Source: Candidatus Latescibacterota bacterium (lineage in GTDB: Bacteria > Latescibacterota > UBA2968 > UBA8231). Taken from it: 64,000 nucleotides of DNA. The stretch is from contig OZ241867.1 in NCBI GenBank assembly GCA_965203175.1, positions 1,824,001 through 1,888,000 of the forward strand, in the 5' to 3' direction. The notes beneath the pieces are model-generated. The model did not search any database and was not told the DNA's origin. It saw only the letters and a program-made list of their open reading frames with translations. Positions 29,520 through 38,388 of this stretch are shown here, piece by piece. Position numbers and translations under genes: made by a program. Numbering within the stretch: position 1 is the first letter of the stretch; each line of letters opens with the position of its first letter.

Positions 29520-30308
29520 GTGTTGAGCGTATTGGCCTATAGTCTGCCAGTGGCTATGGTGGGTATGGCCGCGCTGTATTGGCTGCAGCGGCGGCGGGGC
29601 GACGCGGGCGTCGTTGACGTGGGCTGGGCCGGTGGCATTGGGCTGGTGGCCGTGGTCGCAGCCTATAGTGGCGACGGCTGGGAGCCGAGGCGGCTCTTGC
29701 TCGGTCTGATGGGCGCGGTTTGGTCCTTTCGCCTGACCGCTTACCTAGTGATTGATCGGCTAATAAGGGCCGAGGAAGAGGACGGTCGCTATCAGATGCT
29801 GCGGGCTCAATGGGGTGCCAAGGCCCAGCGGCGCTTTTTCTCTTTATTCCAAGCGCAGGCCCTGCTGGTGGTTTTATTTGGCCTACCTTTTGTCGCCGTG
29901 GCAGCCAAAGCTCACGCAGGCTGGACCGCTTGGGATGTAACCGGTCTGCTAGTGTGGGTAGTGGCGGTAGTCGGCGAATGGATAGCCGACCGCCAATTGG
30001 CCACCTTCCGCAGCCAAGCCGCTAACCACGGACGCACCTGCGACCGCGGCCTGTGGCGCTATTCGCGCCATCCCAACTATTTTTTTGAATGGATTCACTG
30101 GTGGGCCTACGTGGTCATGGCGGTCGGGTCGGCGAATGGATGGTTGGCTTGGATCGGACCGGTGATGATGTTGTTTCTGCTGTACCGCGTGACTGGTATT
30201 CCCTACACTGAAAAGCGGGCACTAGTCAGTCGCGGCGATAACTACCGCCGCTATCAGCGCACCACCAGTCCCTTTATTCCGTGGTTTCCCCGTAGGGAAA
30301 GACCTTGA
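29520..30308 (+). CDS. DUF1295 membrane protein (steroid 5-alpha-reductase-like)
   Basis: [36 protein letters not shown]. Confidence 0.9.
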   Translation: MLSVLAYSLPVAMVGMAALYWLQRRRGDAGVVDVGWAGGIGLVAVVAAYSGDGWEPRRLLLGLMGAVWSFRLTAYLVIDRLIRAEEEDGRYQMLRAQWGAKAQRRFFSLFQAQALLVVLFGLPFVAVAAKAHAGWTAWDVTGLLVWVVAVVGEWIADRQLATFRSQAANHGRTCDRGLWRYSRHPNYFFEWIHWWAYVVMAVGSANGWLAWIGPVMMLFLLYRVTGIPYTEKRALVSRGDNYRRYQRTTSPFIPWFPRRERP

Positions 30309-31336
30309 ACGCGATCGATTGGGCCGAGCGGGGTCTGTTGCCGGATGCCCTTATCCGCTGGGGCATCCGCCGCCTCAATCGCGGACGCCTGCGGCAAGAG
30401 CGAGGTGTCGACTGCGAGGCCGAGCAGGCGGCCAAATCTCGCTTCATCGCCTCTATGGACCAGGCACCCATCGCCCTGCATACGCAGAGTGCCAACGAGC
30501 AGCACTACGAGGTGCCGCCCGAGTTTTTCCAACTGGTCCTGGGCCACCATCTCAAGTACAGCGGCTGTTATTTCCCTGCGCAGACGGCCAGTCTGGACCA
30601 AGCCGAAGCGGCCATGCTGGAACTGACCTGTCAGCACGCCGATCTGCAAGACGGCCAGGAGGTGCTGGAATTGGGCTGCGGCTGGGGGTCGCTGACCTTG
30701 TGGATGGCGCGGCATTATCCCGGCAGCCGCATCACTGCGGTGTCCAATTCAACGTTGCAGCGCAACTTTATCGAAGAGCGCTGCAAAGCCTTGAGGCTGG
30801 ACAACGTCGAGGTGATCACCTCGGACATGAACCAATTCGCGGCACCGGGACGCTACGACCGGGTGGTATCGGTGGAGATGTTTGAGCACATGCGCAATTA
30901 CCGCGAGTTAATGCGGCGCATCGCTGGCTGGCTCAAACCGGATGGCTCGCTATTCATCCACATCTTCGTCCATCGCCTCTACGCATACACCTTTGCCGCC
31001 GAAGGTGAAGAAAACTGGATGGGGCGTTATTTTTTTACCGGCGGCATCATGCCCTCCGACGATCTGCTGCACTACTTCCAAGACGACCTAGTCCTAGAGG
31101 CGCAATGGCGGGTCGATGGCCGGCACTACGCCCGCACGGCCGAGCATTGGCTGGCCAATCTCGACGCCCGGCGCTCAGAGGCCCTCGCCATTTTGGAGCA
31201 CCAGTACGGCACCGCCACAAAGCAGCGATGGTTACAGCGCTGGCGTATTTTCTTTATGGCCTGCGCCGAATTGTGGGGCTACAATGGCGGGCAGGAGTGG
31301 TGGGTGTCGCATTATCGTTTTAAACGGAGAGGGTAG
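30305..31336 (+). CDS. Cfa-like SAM-dependent methyltransferase
   Basis: [55 protein letters not shown]. Confidence 0.9.
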   Translation: MNAIDWAERGLLPDALIRWGIRRLNRGRLRQERGVDCEAEQAAKSRFIASMDQAPIALHTQSANEQHYEVPPEFFQLVLGHHLKYSGCYFPAQTASLDQAEAAMLELTCQHADLQDGQEVLELGCGWGSLTLWMARHYPGSRITAVSNSTLQRNFIEERCKALRLDNVEVITSDMNQFAAPGRYDRVVSVEMFEHMRNYRELMRRIAGWLKPDGSLFIHIFVHRLYAYTFAAEGEENWMGRYFFTGGIMPSDDLLHYFQDDLVLEAQWRVDGRHYARTAEHWLANLDARRSEALAILEHQYGTATKQRWLQRWRIFFMACAELWGYNGGQEWWVSHYRFKRRG

Positions 31337-31365
31337 CGGTAGGACGGGTTTAGGGGTTAAAAGAA

Positions 31366-31401
31366 AGTGGTGCGTGTCGTATCAGCATTTTAAACGGAGA
31401 G
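31366..31401 (+). repeat. Degenerate copy of the methyltransferase 3' end (31296-31331)
   Basis: agtggtgcgtgtcgtatcagcattttaaacggagag vs agtggtgggtgtcgcattatcgttttaaacggagag, 31/36 identical. Confidence 0.88.
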
Positions 31402-31404
31402 AGA

Positions 31405-33645
31405 ATGGCAATTATTAGGTATTGTATGATGACTCTGTTGGTGGCCATGCCCTTGGCGGCTCAGACCCCGGGAGTTACCCTGAGCGGATTTGTGACCGAC
31501 GCCGACAACGGCGAATCCCTGCCTCTGGCCTCCATTGTCCTGACGCAGATACAGTTGGGCACGGCGAGCAATAGCAGCGGCTACTACGCCGTCAAAGAGG
31601 TCCCAGCGGGGACGTACGAGGTGGTGATTTCGTATATAGGCTACAAAACCTGGCGCGATACTCTAGCGTTCAGCGACCAAGATGTGCGCTTGGATGTGGC
31701 CTTGCAGGTCGAGTCGGTGGATCTAGAGGAAATTGTGATCCAGGCCGAGCGCCGCGAAGAGCTAGAGCAAGCCACCCAGAGCAGTTTTATCGCCCTGCAG
31801 GTCGAGCCGTTGCAGCAAATGCCAGCCATTGGCGAGGCCGATCTGCTCCGCAGCTTGCAACTGCTGCCGGGCATCCAATCGGCGTCGGACATTAGCAGCG
31901 GCCTGTACGTGCGCGGCGGCGGCCCCGACCAGACGGCCATCCTCCTCGACCACATCCCCCTATACAACCCCTCGCACCTCTTCGGCTTCTTCTCGACTTT
32001 CAACCCCGACGCCATCAAGGACGTCCAGCTCTACAAAGGGGCCTACCCGGCCGCGTACGGCCGCACGCTCGGGGCGGTACTCGACGTGAGCAACCGCGAA
32101 GGCAACCGACAGCGATTCAGTGGCCGGGGCGGCATCAGCCTGATCGCGAGCCGCTTGCTGGCCGAAGGGCCGGTGGGCCAAGGCTCGTGGATGATGGCCG
32201 GCCGCCGCACGTACCTAGAACCCATACTTAGCGCCATTCGCTCTCGCGGGGTGGACATCCCCTTGAACTATTACTTCTACGACTTCAACGGCAAAGTCAA
32301 CCAGCGCTGGGGCGACGACACCTTTACCGTGAGCACGTACTGGGGCCAAGACGATCTGCGAGTGGATGCAGAAGAAGAGGATGAATCCTTCGCCGATTTG
32401 CGCTGGGGCAACCGCGCCGTGACCGCGCGCTGGACGCGGGTGTTCTCACCAACCCTGTTTGGTCACTTCATGGCCGCCGGCTCGTCGTATGAAAGCATCC
32501 TCTTGTTCAGTTTCTTCGACACGCCTTTCAGCATTGCCAACAGCATCCGCGATTGGTCGCTCAAGGGCGATGTGGATTACTTCGCCAACCGAGACCACAC
32601 CCTCACCCTCGGCTTTCTGGCCACTCTATTCGAGTTCGACTATTCCCAGTCCTTCAATCAGGAGGAAGAGTCCTTGTACCAGAAGTCGGTGTTGGCCTCG
32701 GCCTACGTCCAAGACGAGTGGCAGGCCGGGCCCACTACGCGGCTGCGGCTCGGGGGACGAGGCACTTATTTCAGCGTTGGGGATCGCCTGCACTTCGCGC
32801 CGAGGCTGTCCCTGAGCCGCGCCCTCAACGACAAAATCCGCATCAAAGCCGCCGCAGGGATGTACCGCCAGTACTTGCAATTAATCACCACCGAAGTCTT
32901 CAGCGGCGGCGATTTTTGGGTGCCGCTGGACAGCAGCGTCGAGCCGGGCCGCTCTTATCAAGGAGTCGTAGGAACCGAGTGGAACCCCTCGCGGCGCTAC
33001 CAGCTCTCCGTGGAGACCTACTACACCGACTTGGCCAATCTGGTGGTGCTGGACAACGCAGTGCCCGTCGATAGCGAAGGCACGCGCTCGGATGACATAT
33101 TCAAAAGCGGGGGCAGTGGTTGGGCCAGCGGGGTCGAGGTCTTTTTGCAACGGCGCACTGGGGCACTCACCGGCTGGATAGGCTATACGTTGGGCTGGAC
33201 GCGGCGCACCTTCCCCGAGCTAAACCGTGGACGCGCCTTCCCCCCCAAGTACGACCGCCGCCACGATCTGTCTTTCGTGCTCTCGTACAACTTGGGAAAA
33301 TGGCGCTTAGGTTCAAATCTCGTGTACGCCACTGGACAGACCTTTACCCCGGCCTCTGCCCGCTATTCGCTGCGCGAGCCGACCACTGGGTCGCTGCAAG
33401 ACTACGTGCTACCAGCCAACCGCAACAGCGCCCGTCTGCTACCCTATCACCGCCTCGATGCCAGTGCCAGCCGCGAGTTCGGGCTGTGGGGTCTTGACGC
33501 CGAGTTCTACTTGCAAATTTTCAATATCTACAGTCGGCGCAACGAGTGGTTCGTGGAGTTCAACACGAACAATCCCGAGACCGAGCCGCAAGTGATCAAG
33601 CAATTGCCCATCGTGCCGACGCTGGGTTTCAATTTTTCGTTTTGA
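31405..33645 (+). CDS. TonB-dependent receptor (paralog 2)
   Basis: Same architecture as 21173-23338 with long near-identical peptide blocks; terminal GFNFSF. Confidence 0.9.
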   Translation: MAIIRYCMMTLLVAMPLAAQTPGVTLSGFVTDADNGESLPLASIVLTQIQLGTASNSSGYYAVKEVPAGTYEVVISYIGYKTWRDTLAFSDQDVRLDVALQVESVDLEEIVIQAERREELEQATQSSFIALQVEPLQQMPAIGEADLLRSLQLLPGIQSASDISSGLYVRGGGPDQTAILLDHIPLYNPSHLFGFFSTFNPDAIKDVQLYKGAYPAAYGRTLGAVLDVSNREGNRQRFSGRGGISLIASRLLAEGPVGQGSWMMAGRRTYLEPILSAIRSRGVDIPLNYYFYDFNGKVNQRWGDDTFTVSTYWGQDDLRVDAEEEDESFADLRWGNRAVTARWTRVFSPTLFGHFMAAGSSYESILLFSFFDTPFSIANSIRDWSLKGDVDYFANRDHTLTLGFLATLFEFDYSQSFNQEEESLYQKSVLASAYVQDEWQAGPTTRLRLGGRGTYFSVGDRLHFAPRLSLSRALNDKIRIKAAAGMYRQYLQLITTEVFSGGDFWVPLDSSVEPGRSYQGVVGTEWNPSRRYQLSVETYYTDLANLVVLDNAVPVDSEGTRSDDIFKSGGSGWASGVEVFLQRRTGALTGWIGYTLGWTRRTFPELNRGRAFPPKYDRRHDLSFVLSYNLGKWRLGSNLVYATGQTFTPASARYSLREPTTGSLQDYVLPANRNSARLLPYHRLDASASREFGLWGLDAEFYLQIFNIYSRRNEWFVEFNTNNPETEPQVIKQLPIVPTLGFNFSF

Positions 33646-33655
33646 GGAGGAAATC

Positions 33656-34588
33656 GTGCGTTACGTTTTTATCGCCCTGTTCCTGACGGCCTGCGCTGCC
33701 GAGCGCCAGCCGGGTGAGCTCTTCGGCTCGGTAGAGGAAGGCAGCGAACTGGTGGTGGACGCGGTGCTGATAGTCGATCAGCCCCTACCCGAATTGTTCG
33801 TGCGGCGCATCCTGCCTCCCGGCCAAACCTATAGTCGGGATGCGGCGGGGGTGCCCGATGCCCAAGTGCGCGTCTTCCAAGGGGATCAGATCTTTGAGTA
33901 TGCACCTGATCCAGCACCCGGTCGCTATTTGCCACCGCCAGAGGCCCCTCTCGTGCAAACCACGACCGAGTACCGGCTAGAAGTGGATGTCGAAGGCAAG
34001 AAGGTGCGCGCTCGCACGACCACGCCGGAGCGAGTGCGGGTGCGCCAGATGGTTTTATTGGACGAAGACACCCAAGAGATCATGCGGACTCTCAAGTCAT
34101 TTGCCGAGGTGGGGGACGAAGTGTACACGGCACCAGAGAATCAGCTTACTCATCTGGAGGGCTTGATCGAAATCCACTTGGAAAAGGCAGGAGAAGCGTA
34201 CCAAGCGGCGCTCTTCGCTTTGGAAGAGGACGCGCAATTGCTCGACGATGATTTCATAGAGATATACGACCGGACCCCGGAGGACTTGCTAGTCAACCAA
34301 TCGCCGCCCTTTGCCGCCAGCGACGGAATCGTGCGCTGGCCGTGGTTCGCCGTGGTTTATACCGGGCGTTCGCTGATAAAGGTGTACGCAGTCGATCACA
34401 ACTGGTTCGAGTTCGCCCGCTCCAGCCCCGACTTCCAAGAAGAACAGGGCGGCTTTGGGGGGCTCGCTGGCGAAAATTTCGAGCGACCGCTCTTTCAGGT
34501 GGAGGGCGGCATCGGGCTGTTTGTGTCGGCGTCGGTGGATTCGGTGGGATTTGTCATCCTGCCGCGACAGGCCGAATCGTCTGATTGA
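33656..34588 (+). CDS. Lipoprotein partner of the TonB receptor (DUF4249-like)
   Basis: Lipobox LTAC; LVVDAVL, YRLEV, C-terminal VEGGIGLF; lies directly downstream of the receptor with a GAGGAGG RBS. Confidence 0.7.
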   Translation: MRYVFIALFLTACAAERQPGELFGSVEEGSELVVDAVLIVDQPLPELFVRRILPPGQTYSRDAAGVPDAQVRVFQGDQIFEYAPDPAPGRYLPPPEAPLVQTTTEYRLEVDVEGKKVRARTTTPERVRVRQMVLLDEDTQEIMRTLKSFAEVGDEVYTAPENQLTHLEGLIEIHLEKAGEAYQAALFALEEDAQLLDDDFIEIYDRTPEDLLVNQSPPFAASDGIVRWPWFAVVYTGRSLIKVYAVDHNWFEFARSSPDFQEEQGGFGGLAGENFERPLFQVEGGIGLFVSASVDSVGFVILPRQAESSD

Positions 34589-34625
34589 CCAGCCACAACC
34601 CGAGATATATACTATGATATATATC
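34585..34625 (+). promoter_or_regulatory. vapBC promoter with palindromic operator
   Basis: TTGACC(34585)-17bp-TATACT(34608); GATATAT...ATATATC inverted repeat over the -10. Confidence 0.8.
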
Positions 34626-34645
34626 CTGCCACAGGAGGCACATCT

Positions 34646-34873
34646 ATGCAGACAGCAAAGTTGTTCAACAATGGCCGCAGCCAAGCCGTGAGGCTCCCGA
34701 AGGAGTTTCGTTTTAGCGGAGACGATGTCTATATCAAGAAATACCAAGGCATTGTTATGCTTTTGCCCAAGGAATCCCCTTGGACCTCGCTCGTGGACAG
34801 CCTAGACCGTTTCTCCAGCGATTTTATGAACGAAAGAAATCAGCCCGATCAGCAGGAGAGAGCATCTCTGTGA
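34646..34873 (+). CDS. vapB: VapB antitoxin (AbrB/MazE fold)
   Basis: TAKLFNNGRSQAVRLPKEFRF...FSSDFM.ER.QP.QQER. Confidence 0.93.
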   Translation: MQTAKLFNNGRSQAVRLPKEFRFSGDDVYIKKYQGIVMLLPKESPWTSLVDSLDRFSSDFMNERNQPDQQERASL

Positions 34874-35274
34874 TCGATTTCCTGCTCGACACCGATACCT
34901 GCATCTACCTCATTAAGAGACAACCGGCGCAAGCCTTAGCCAGACTACAAGCTCTGGATATCTCGCAAGTCGGGATCTCCACGATCACGCTGAGCGAATT
35001 GGAATACGGTGTCTCGAAGAGCTCGAAACCAGAGCAAAACAAGCTGGCTCTGGCTGAATTTGTCGCCCCCTTGGAAATCATCGCTTACGGCGACGCGGCA
35101 GCAGCGCATTATGGTCGCATCAGAACCTTACTTGAGCGCCAGGGCACCCCGATTGGCCCGCTAGACACCCTGATCGCAGCACATGCATCGGCCCTCGGCT
35201 GTACCCTCGTGACGAACAACGACAGGGAGTTCTCTCGCATTCCCAATCTCGCGGTCGAGAGCTGGGCTAGCTGA
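34870..35274 (+). CDS. vapC: VapC PIN-domain toxin
   Basis: GTG start overlapping the vapB stop; LLDTDTCIY, ELEYG, IGPLDTLIAAHA, LVTNN.REF. Confidence 0.93.
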   Translation: MIDFLLDTDTCIYLIKRQPAQALARLQALDISQVGISTITLSELEYGVSKSSKPEQNKLALAEFVAPLEIIAYGDAAAAHYGRIRTLLERQGTPIGPLDTLIAAHASALGCTLVTNNDREFSRIPNLAVESWAS

Positions 35275-35305
35275 CCTTGCCATCCTGCCAACAAGGACCA
35301 AGCAC

Positions 35306-35425
35306 GTGTGGACAAAAGCACAACAACGGGCATTTGCAGAGCGGGGCTACTTCATTGCCAGCGACGCCGTCAACCCGGATATGCACGTCTATTACGACCG
35401 CTGGAAATCCCTTCAACGCGCCTGA
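35306..35425 (+). pseudogene. Collapsed remnant of a PhyH-family dioxygenase gene
   Basis: 39-aa frame VWTKAQQRAFAERGYFIASDAVNPD-MHVYYDRWKSLQRA* with AAGGA upstream; the first part resembles the PhyH N-terminus. Confidence 0.5.
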
Positions 35426-35428
35426 AAT

Positions 35429-35932
35429 TTACTCCTCGCCCTGCGGCCTCCTGCCCGCCAGATCCCGATCCATCAGAAAGAGTCCATCGCGGCTTTCGAT
35501 AATCAGCTCCATATCGCTGACGATATTGCGGACGATGGCCTCCTCCTCCACCTGCTCGTTGACGAACCACTGCATGAAGGTATGCGTTGCGTGATCGCTC
35601 TCGGCAAGAGCCTCATTCACTACCGCATAGATTTTCTTGCTCAAAGCCCGCTCGCCTTCTAGGGCAAACTTGAAGGCGTCCAGCGGCGAGTCCCACTCGC
35701 TGTGTGGCTCAGCTAGAGCCTGCAAGCGCACGCGGCCATCGCGGTCGTTGATGAAGGCGTAGACCCGTTCCGCGTGCATCAGCTCCTCTTGGTACTGGAT
35801 CTTCATCCAGTGGGCAAAACCATTGAGGTCGAGGTCCTCGAAATAAGCCGCCATCGACAAATACGTATAGGCCGAGGAAAACTCGGCATTGAGCTGGTCG
35901 TTGAGTGCCTGTTGCAATTTTTCGTTAAGCAT
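35429..35932 (-). CDS. ftnA: Non-heme ferritin
   Basis: LNDQLNAEFSSAYTYLSM, EELMHA, FMQWFVNEQVEEE. Confidence 0.92.
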   Translation of the reverse strand: MLNEKLQQALNDQLNAEFSSAYTYLSMAAYFEDLDLNGFAHWMKIQYQEELMHAERVYAFINDRDGRVRLQALAEPHSEWDSPLDAFKFALEGERALSKKIYAVVNEALAESDHATHTFMQWFVNEQVEEEAIVRNIVSDMELIIESRDGLFLMDRDLAGRRPQGEE

Positions 35933-35942
35933 TTTCTCCTCC

Positions 35943-38342
35943 TTAATTAGCGGCCACAAGCGACCGCAATTCTGCGGTCGGACGGCCACTGTGGTCGGAC
36001 GGCTCAGTCGCCTGTTTGAGTACTCGGCTGCGCTCGTACAACTCGGCTAAATCCATTTCTCTGAGAAACACTAAGCCCCGCGTAGCGCGAATCAGAGGAC
36101 TCGGGTGCTCTTGAAACCACTCGCGGCCGAGGCAGGTTTTGATTTTCTGATACTGCTCCACCTGCACCCGGCGCGCCAGCTCGGAGAACGGGCCATCGTG
36201 CTCGTAGCTGGGGAACGAAGCGTCGCGCTGAGAAATAAAATTGTTCATAAACGCGCTCTGCATCACCGAGAGCATGTTGAGCGAGACCGGCACGAAAATA
36301 TTGGCCTCGCTGGGATCGAAGCGGTACCACACATTGCGATAACCCCAAACCTTGATGGGCGCGTCTTTGCGCTGCCGCTCGTAGCGGCGCAGGGCCTCGG
36401 TGACGGCCTGCAACACCTTGTAGTGAGTGTCCGGGCCGCTGGCCTCTGGATCCAATGCCACGCTGACCACATCGGGCGCGACCTCTTCGAGGAGCGAGAG
36501 CACGGGCAGCACATCGTCTTCCACCGTCGGCTCCTTGGTGAAAAGGTCGCCCGTATAAAATCCGAGTCGCAAGTGCTTGACGCTGGTGCAGTCCCACCCG
36601 AGATAGCCCCACGTGCATTCAGCCTCCCATTCTCTACACAAGCCTTTGAGGGTTTGGACTTGGGGCGCGTCCTTTTGGCCGGGATAGCGGCTGGCAAAAT
36701 AGTCGTCTAGCTCGGCCAGCAGCGCCTCAATGCCCTCGCGGTCCTCGACGCCATACAGCGCGACGAGGTTCCGCAAAAAGCGCCGCGCCATCCCTTCGTC
36801 GCACATCCTCGAGTCGTCCGCTGCTACTCCGTCGAGATACAGCCAAACATCGCGATTGCGGCCGTGCTCATGGCTCGGCGCAAAGTAGCCTTCGGCCAGC
36901 AGCGCGGCGCACTCGTCAGTGGGCAAAAAGCGCCGCAATCGCTCGATGTGATCCTCGATAAAGCGGTTGGTCACCGCGGTGAAGCCACCAGTGAAACAGA
37001 CGAAGTAATGCACATTCGTGGCGTCGCGCACGTGGCGCACGATATAGGGCAGATAGCCCAGCATCAAGTCGTCGTGGTGCGGCTCGGTGTGGAGAAAGCG
37101 CGTGCCGGAAAGGGTCTGGCAGCCCCGCTCGATTTTGCCGATCAAGCGGTCGCGCACCATGTGCGTCAGAGCCTCGACCGATTCGGCGCGCCGCTGCAAA
37201 AGCACCGCACCTAGCTCGTCCTGCTCCAGTTCCTCCTCGGTCAAATCGACGACCTTCTTGCCCAATTTGCTGGCGAGTTCGACGGTGATTTTTTCCACCG
37301 CTTCGTCGTCGATAGCCTCTTGGTGTTGCAAAAGCACCCGTTGCCGCACCCGCAGCAACTTGGCCGCGCCGCGCGTGATGTAAAACCGCGCGCGCGGCAG
37401 GCTGTGCAGGACCGAGGCCGGATAGCGCACATCGGCCGCTTCCTCGATAGCAGCCGCGACAATGCCCGCCTTGGCCTCGCCCGCGGCGATAATTATGGCG
37501 CAGGCATCGGAACGGGCGGCGATGGTGCCGAGGCCGATGGTAATGACCAACCGCTTGCGCGCCACCTCCATGCCGCCTAAATCGGCTGCGGCCGCGGCTT
37601 GCGTCTCGTAGTTGACCTCGGTCAACCGCGTGGTCGAGAAGTGGTCTGAGCCGCGCACGTTGAAACCAATGTGCCCGTCCGGGCCAATGCCGCCTAGAAA
37701 GAAGCCAATGCCGCCAAGAGCGCGGATCCGCTCCTCGTACTCCAAGCACCACTGGTCGATCCTTTGCAGCGCGTCTTGCTGCACTTGCTCCAACAGGGTG
37801 CGCGCGGGCCGGTGGCGCAGCGACAAGTCAACCGCGCCATCGGGCCACACCTCGGCGAGGGTCTGGCCGGGCCGCAAGCCGATCTCAGCGCAATTGATCA
37901 GCAGTGCCTTGGCCGGATCGAGCCCAAAGCCGTCGATGTAGAAGCGGTTTACATAGCTGTAGAAGCTGTTGTCCTGCTGGGGGTCTATTGGATAGAACTC
38001 GTCGATCTGTACGAAGTGCAGGCCGCGCAGGTCCGGTTTACGCGTCGGATCGACGCCGGCCTCTGCGAACGTGGACTGGATCTCTGCTTCGTCCCAATGC
38101 TGCACCAACCGCTGGACCCAGCGGATGAAGTACTGCGGAGTTTTGCCCGTCGGCAGCGAGATCACGCCCTCGGGATGCTCCTGCACCCATTCGATGAAGC
38201 GCATCGCCGCGAGCTTGCCCAGCCCTGGGAAGTTCTCCACCACAATGGTTTTGATCTTTTCAGTCGGCGGATAGAGGGCGTCGAAGGGAGAGGCGGCTAC
38301 GGCGCGGCGCTCGACGATAGTGAGGTCTTCGGTGTGTGCCAT
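35943..38342 (-). CDS. nagB: Glucosamine-6-phosphate deaminase fused to a PIG-L/LmbE deacetylase-like domain
   Basis: LPTGKTP, QIDEFY, GGIGPDGHIGFN, then EPHHDD, DPEASGPDTH, FPSYEHDGPF. Confidence 0.85.
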   Translation of the reverse strand: MAHTEDLTIVERRAVAASPFDALYPPTEKIKTIVVENFPGLGKLAAMRFIEWVQEHPEGVISLPTGKTPQYFIRWVQRLVQHWDEAEIQSTFAEAGVDPTRKPDLRGLHFVQIDEFYPIDPQQDNSFYSYVNRFYIDGFGLDPAKALLINCAEIGLRPGQTLAEVWPDGAVDLSLRHRPARTLLEQVQQDALQRIDQWCLEYEERIRALGGIGFFLGGIGPDGHIGFNVRGSDHFSTTRLTEVNYETQAAAAADLGGMEVARKRLVITIGLGTIAARSDACAIIIAAGEAKAGIVAAAIEEAADVRYPASVLHSLPRARFYITRGAAKLLRVRQRVLLQHQEAIDDEAVEKITVELASKLGKKVVDLTEEELEQDELGAVLLQRRAESVEALTHMVRDRLIGKIERGCQTLSGTRFLHTEPHHDDLMLGYLPYIVRHVRDATNVHYFVCFTGGFTAVTNRFIEDHIERLRRFLPTDECAALLAEGYFAPSHEHGRNRDVWLYLDGVAADDSRMCDEGMARRFLRNLVALYGVEDREGIEALLAELDDYFASRYPGQKDAPQVQTLKGLCREWEAECTWGYLGWDCTSVKHLRLGFYTGDLFTKEPTVEDDVLPVLSLLEEVAPDVVSVALDPEASGPDTHYKVLQAVTEALRRYERQRKDAPIKVWGYRNVWYRFDPSEANIFVPVSLNMLSVMQSAFMNNFISQRDASFPSYEHDGPFSELARRVQVEQYQKIKTCLGREWFQEHPSPLIRATRGLVFLREMDLAELYERSRVLKQATEPSDHSGRPTAELRSLVAAN

Positions 38343-38388
38343 TTTGGGGAGAGGGGATGGGGAGTGGGAGAGTACAGGGTCTAAAGTA

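Noticed and set aside
21173-33645. Diversity-generating retroelement template/variable repeat between paralogous genes
   Set aside because: Differences are not adenine-specific and no reverse transcriptase is present
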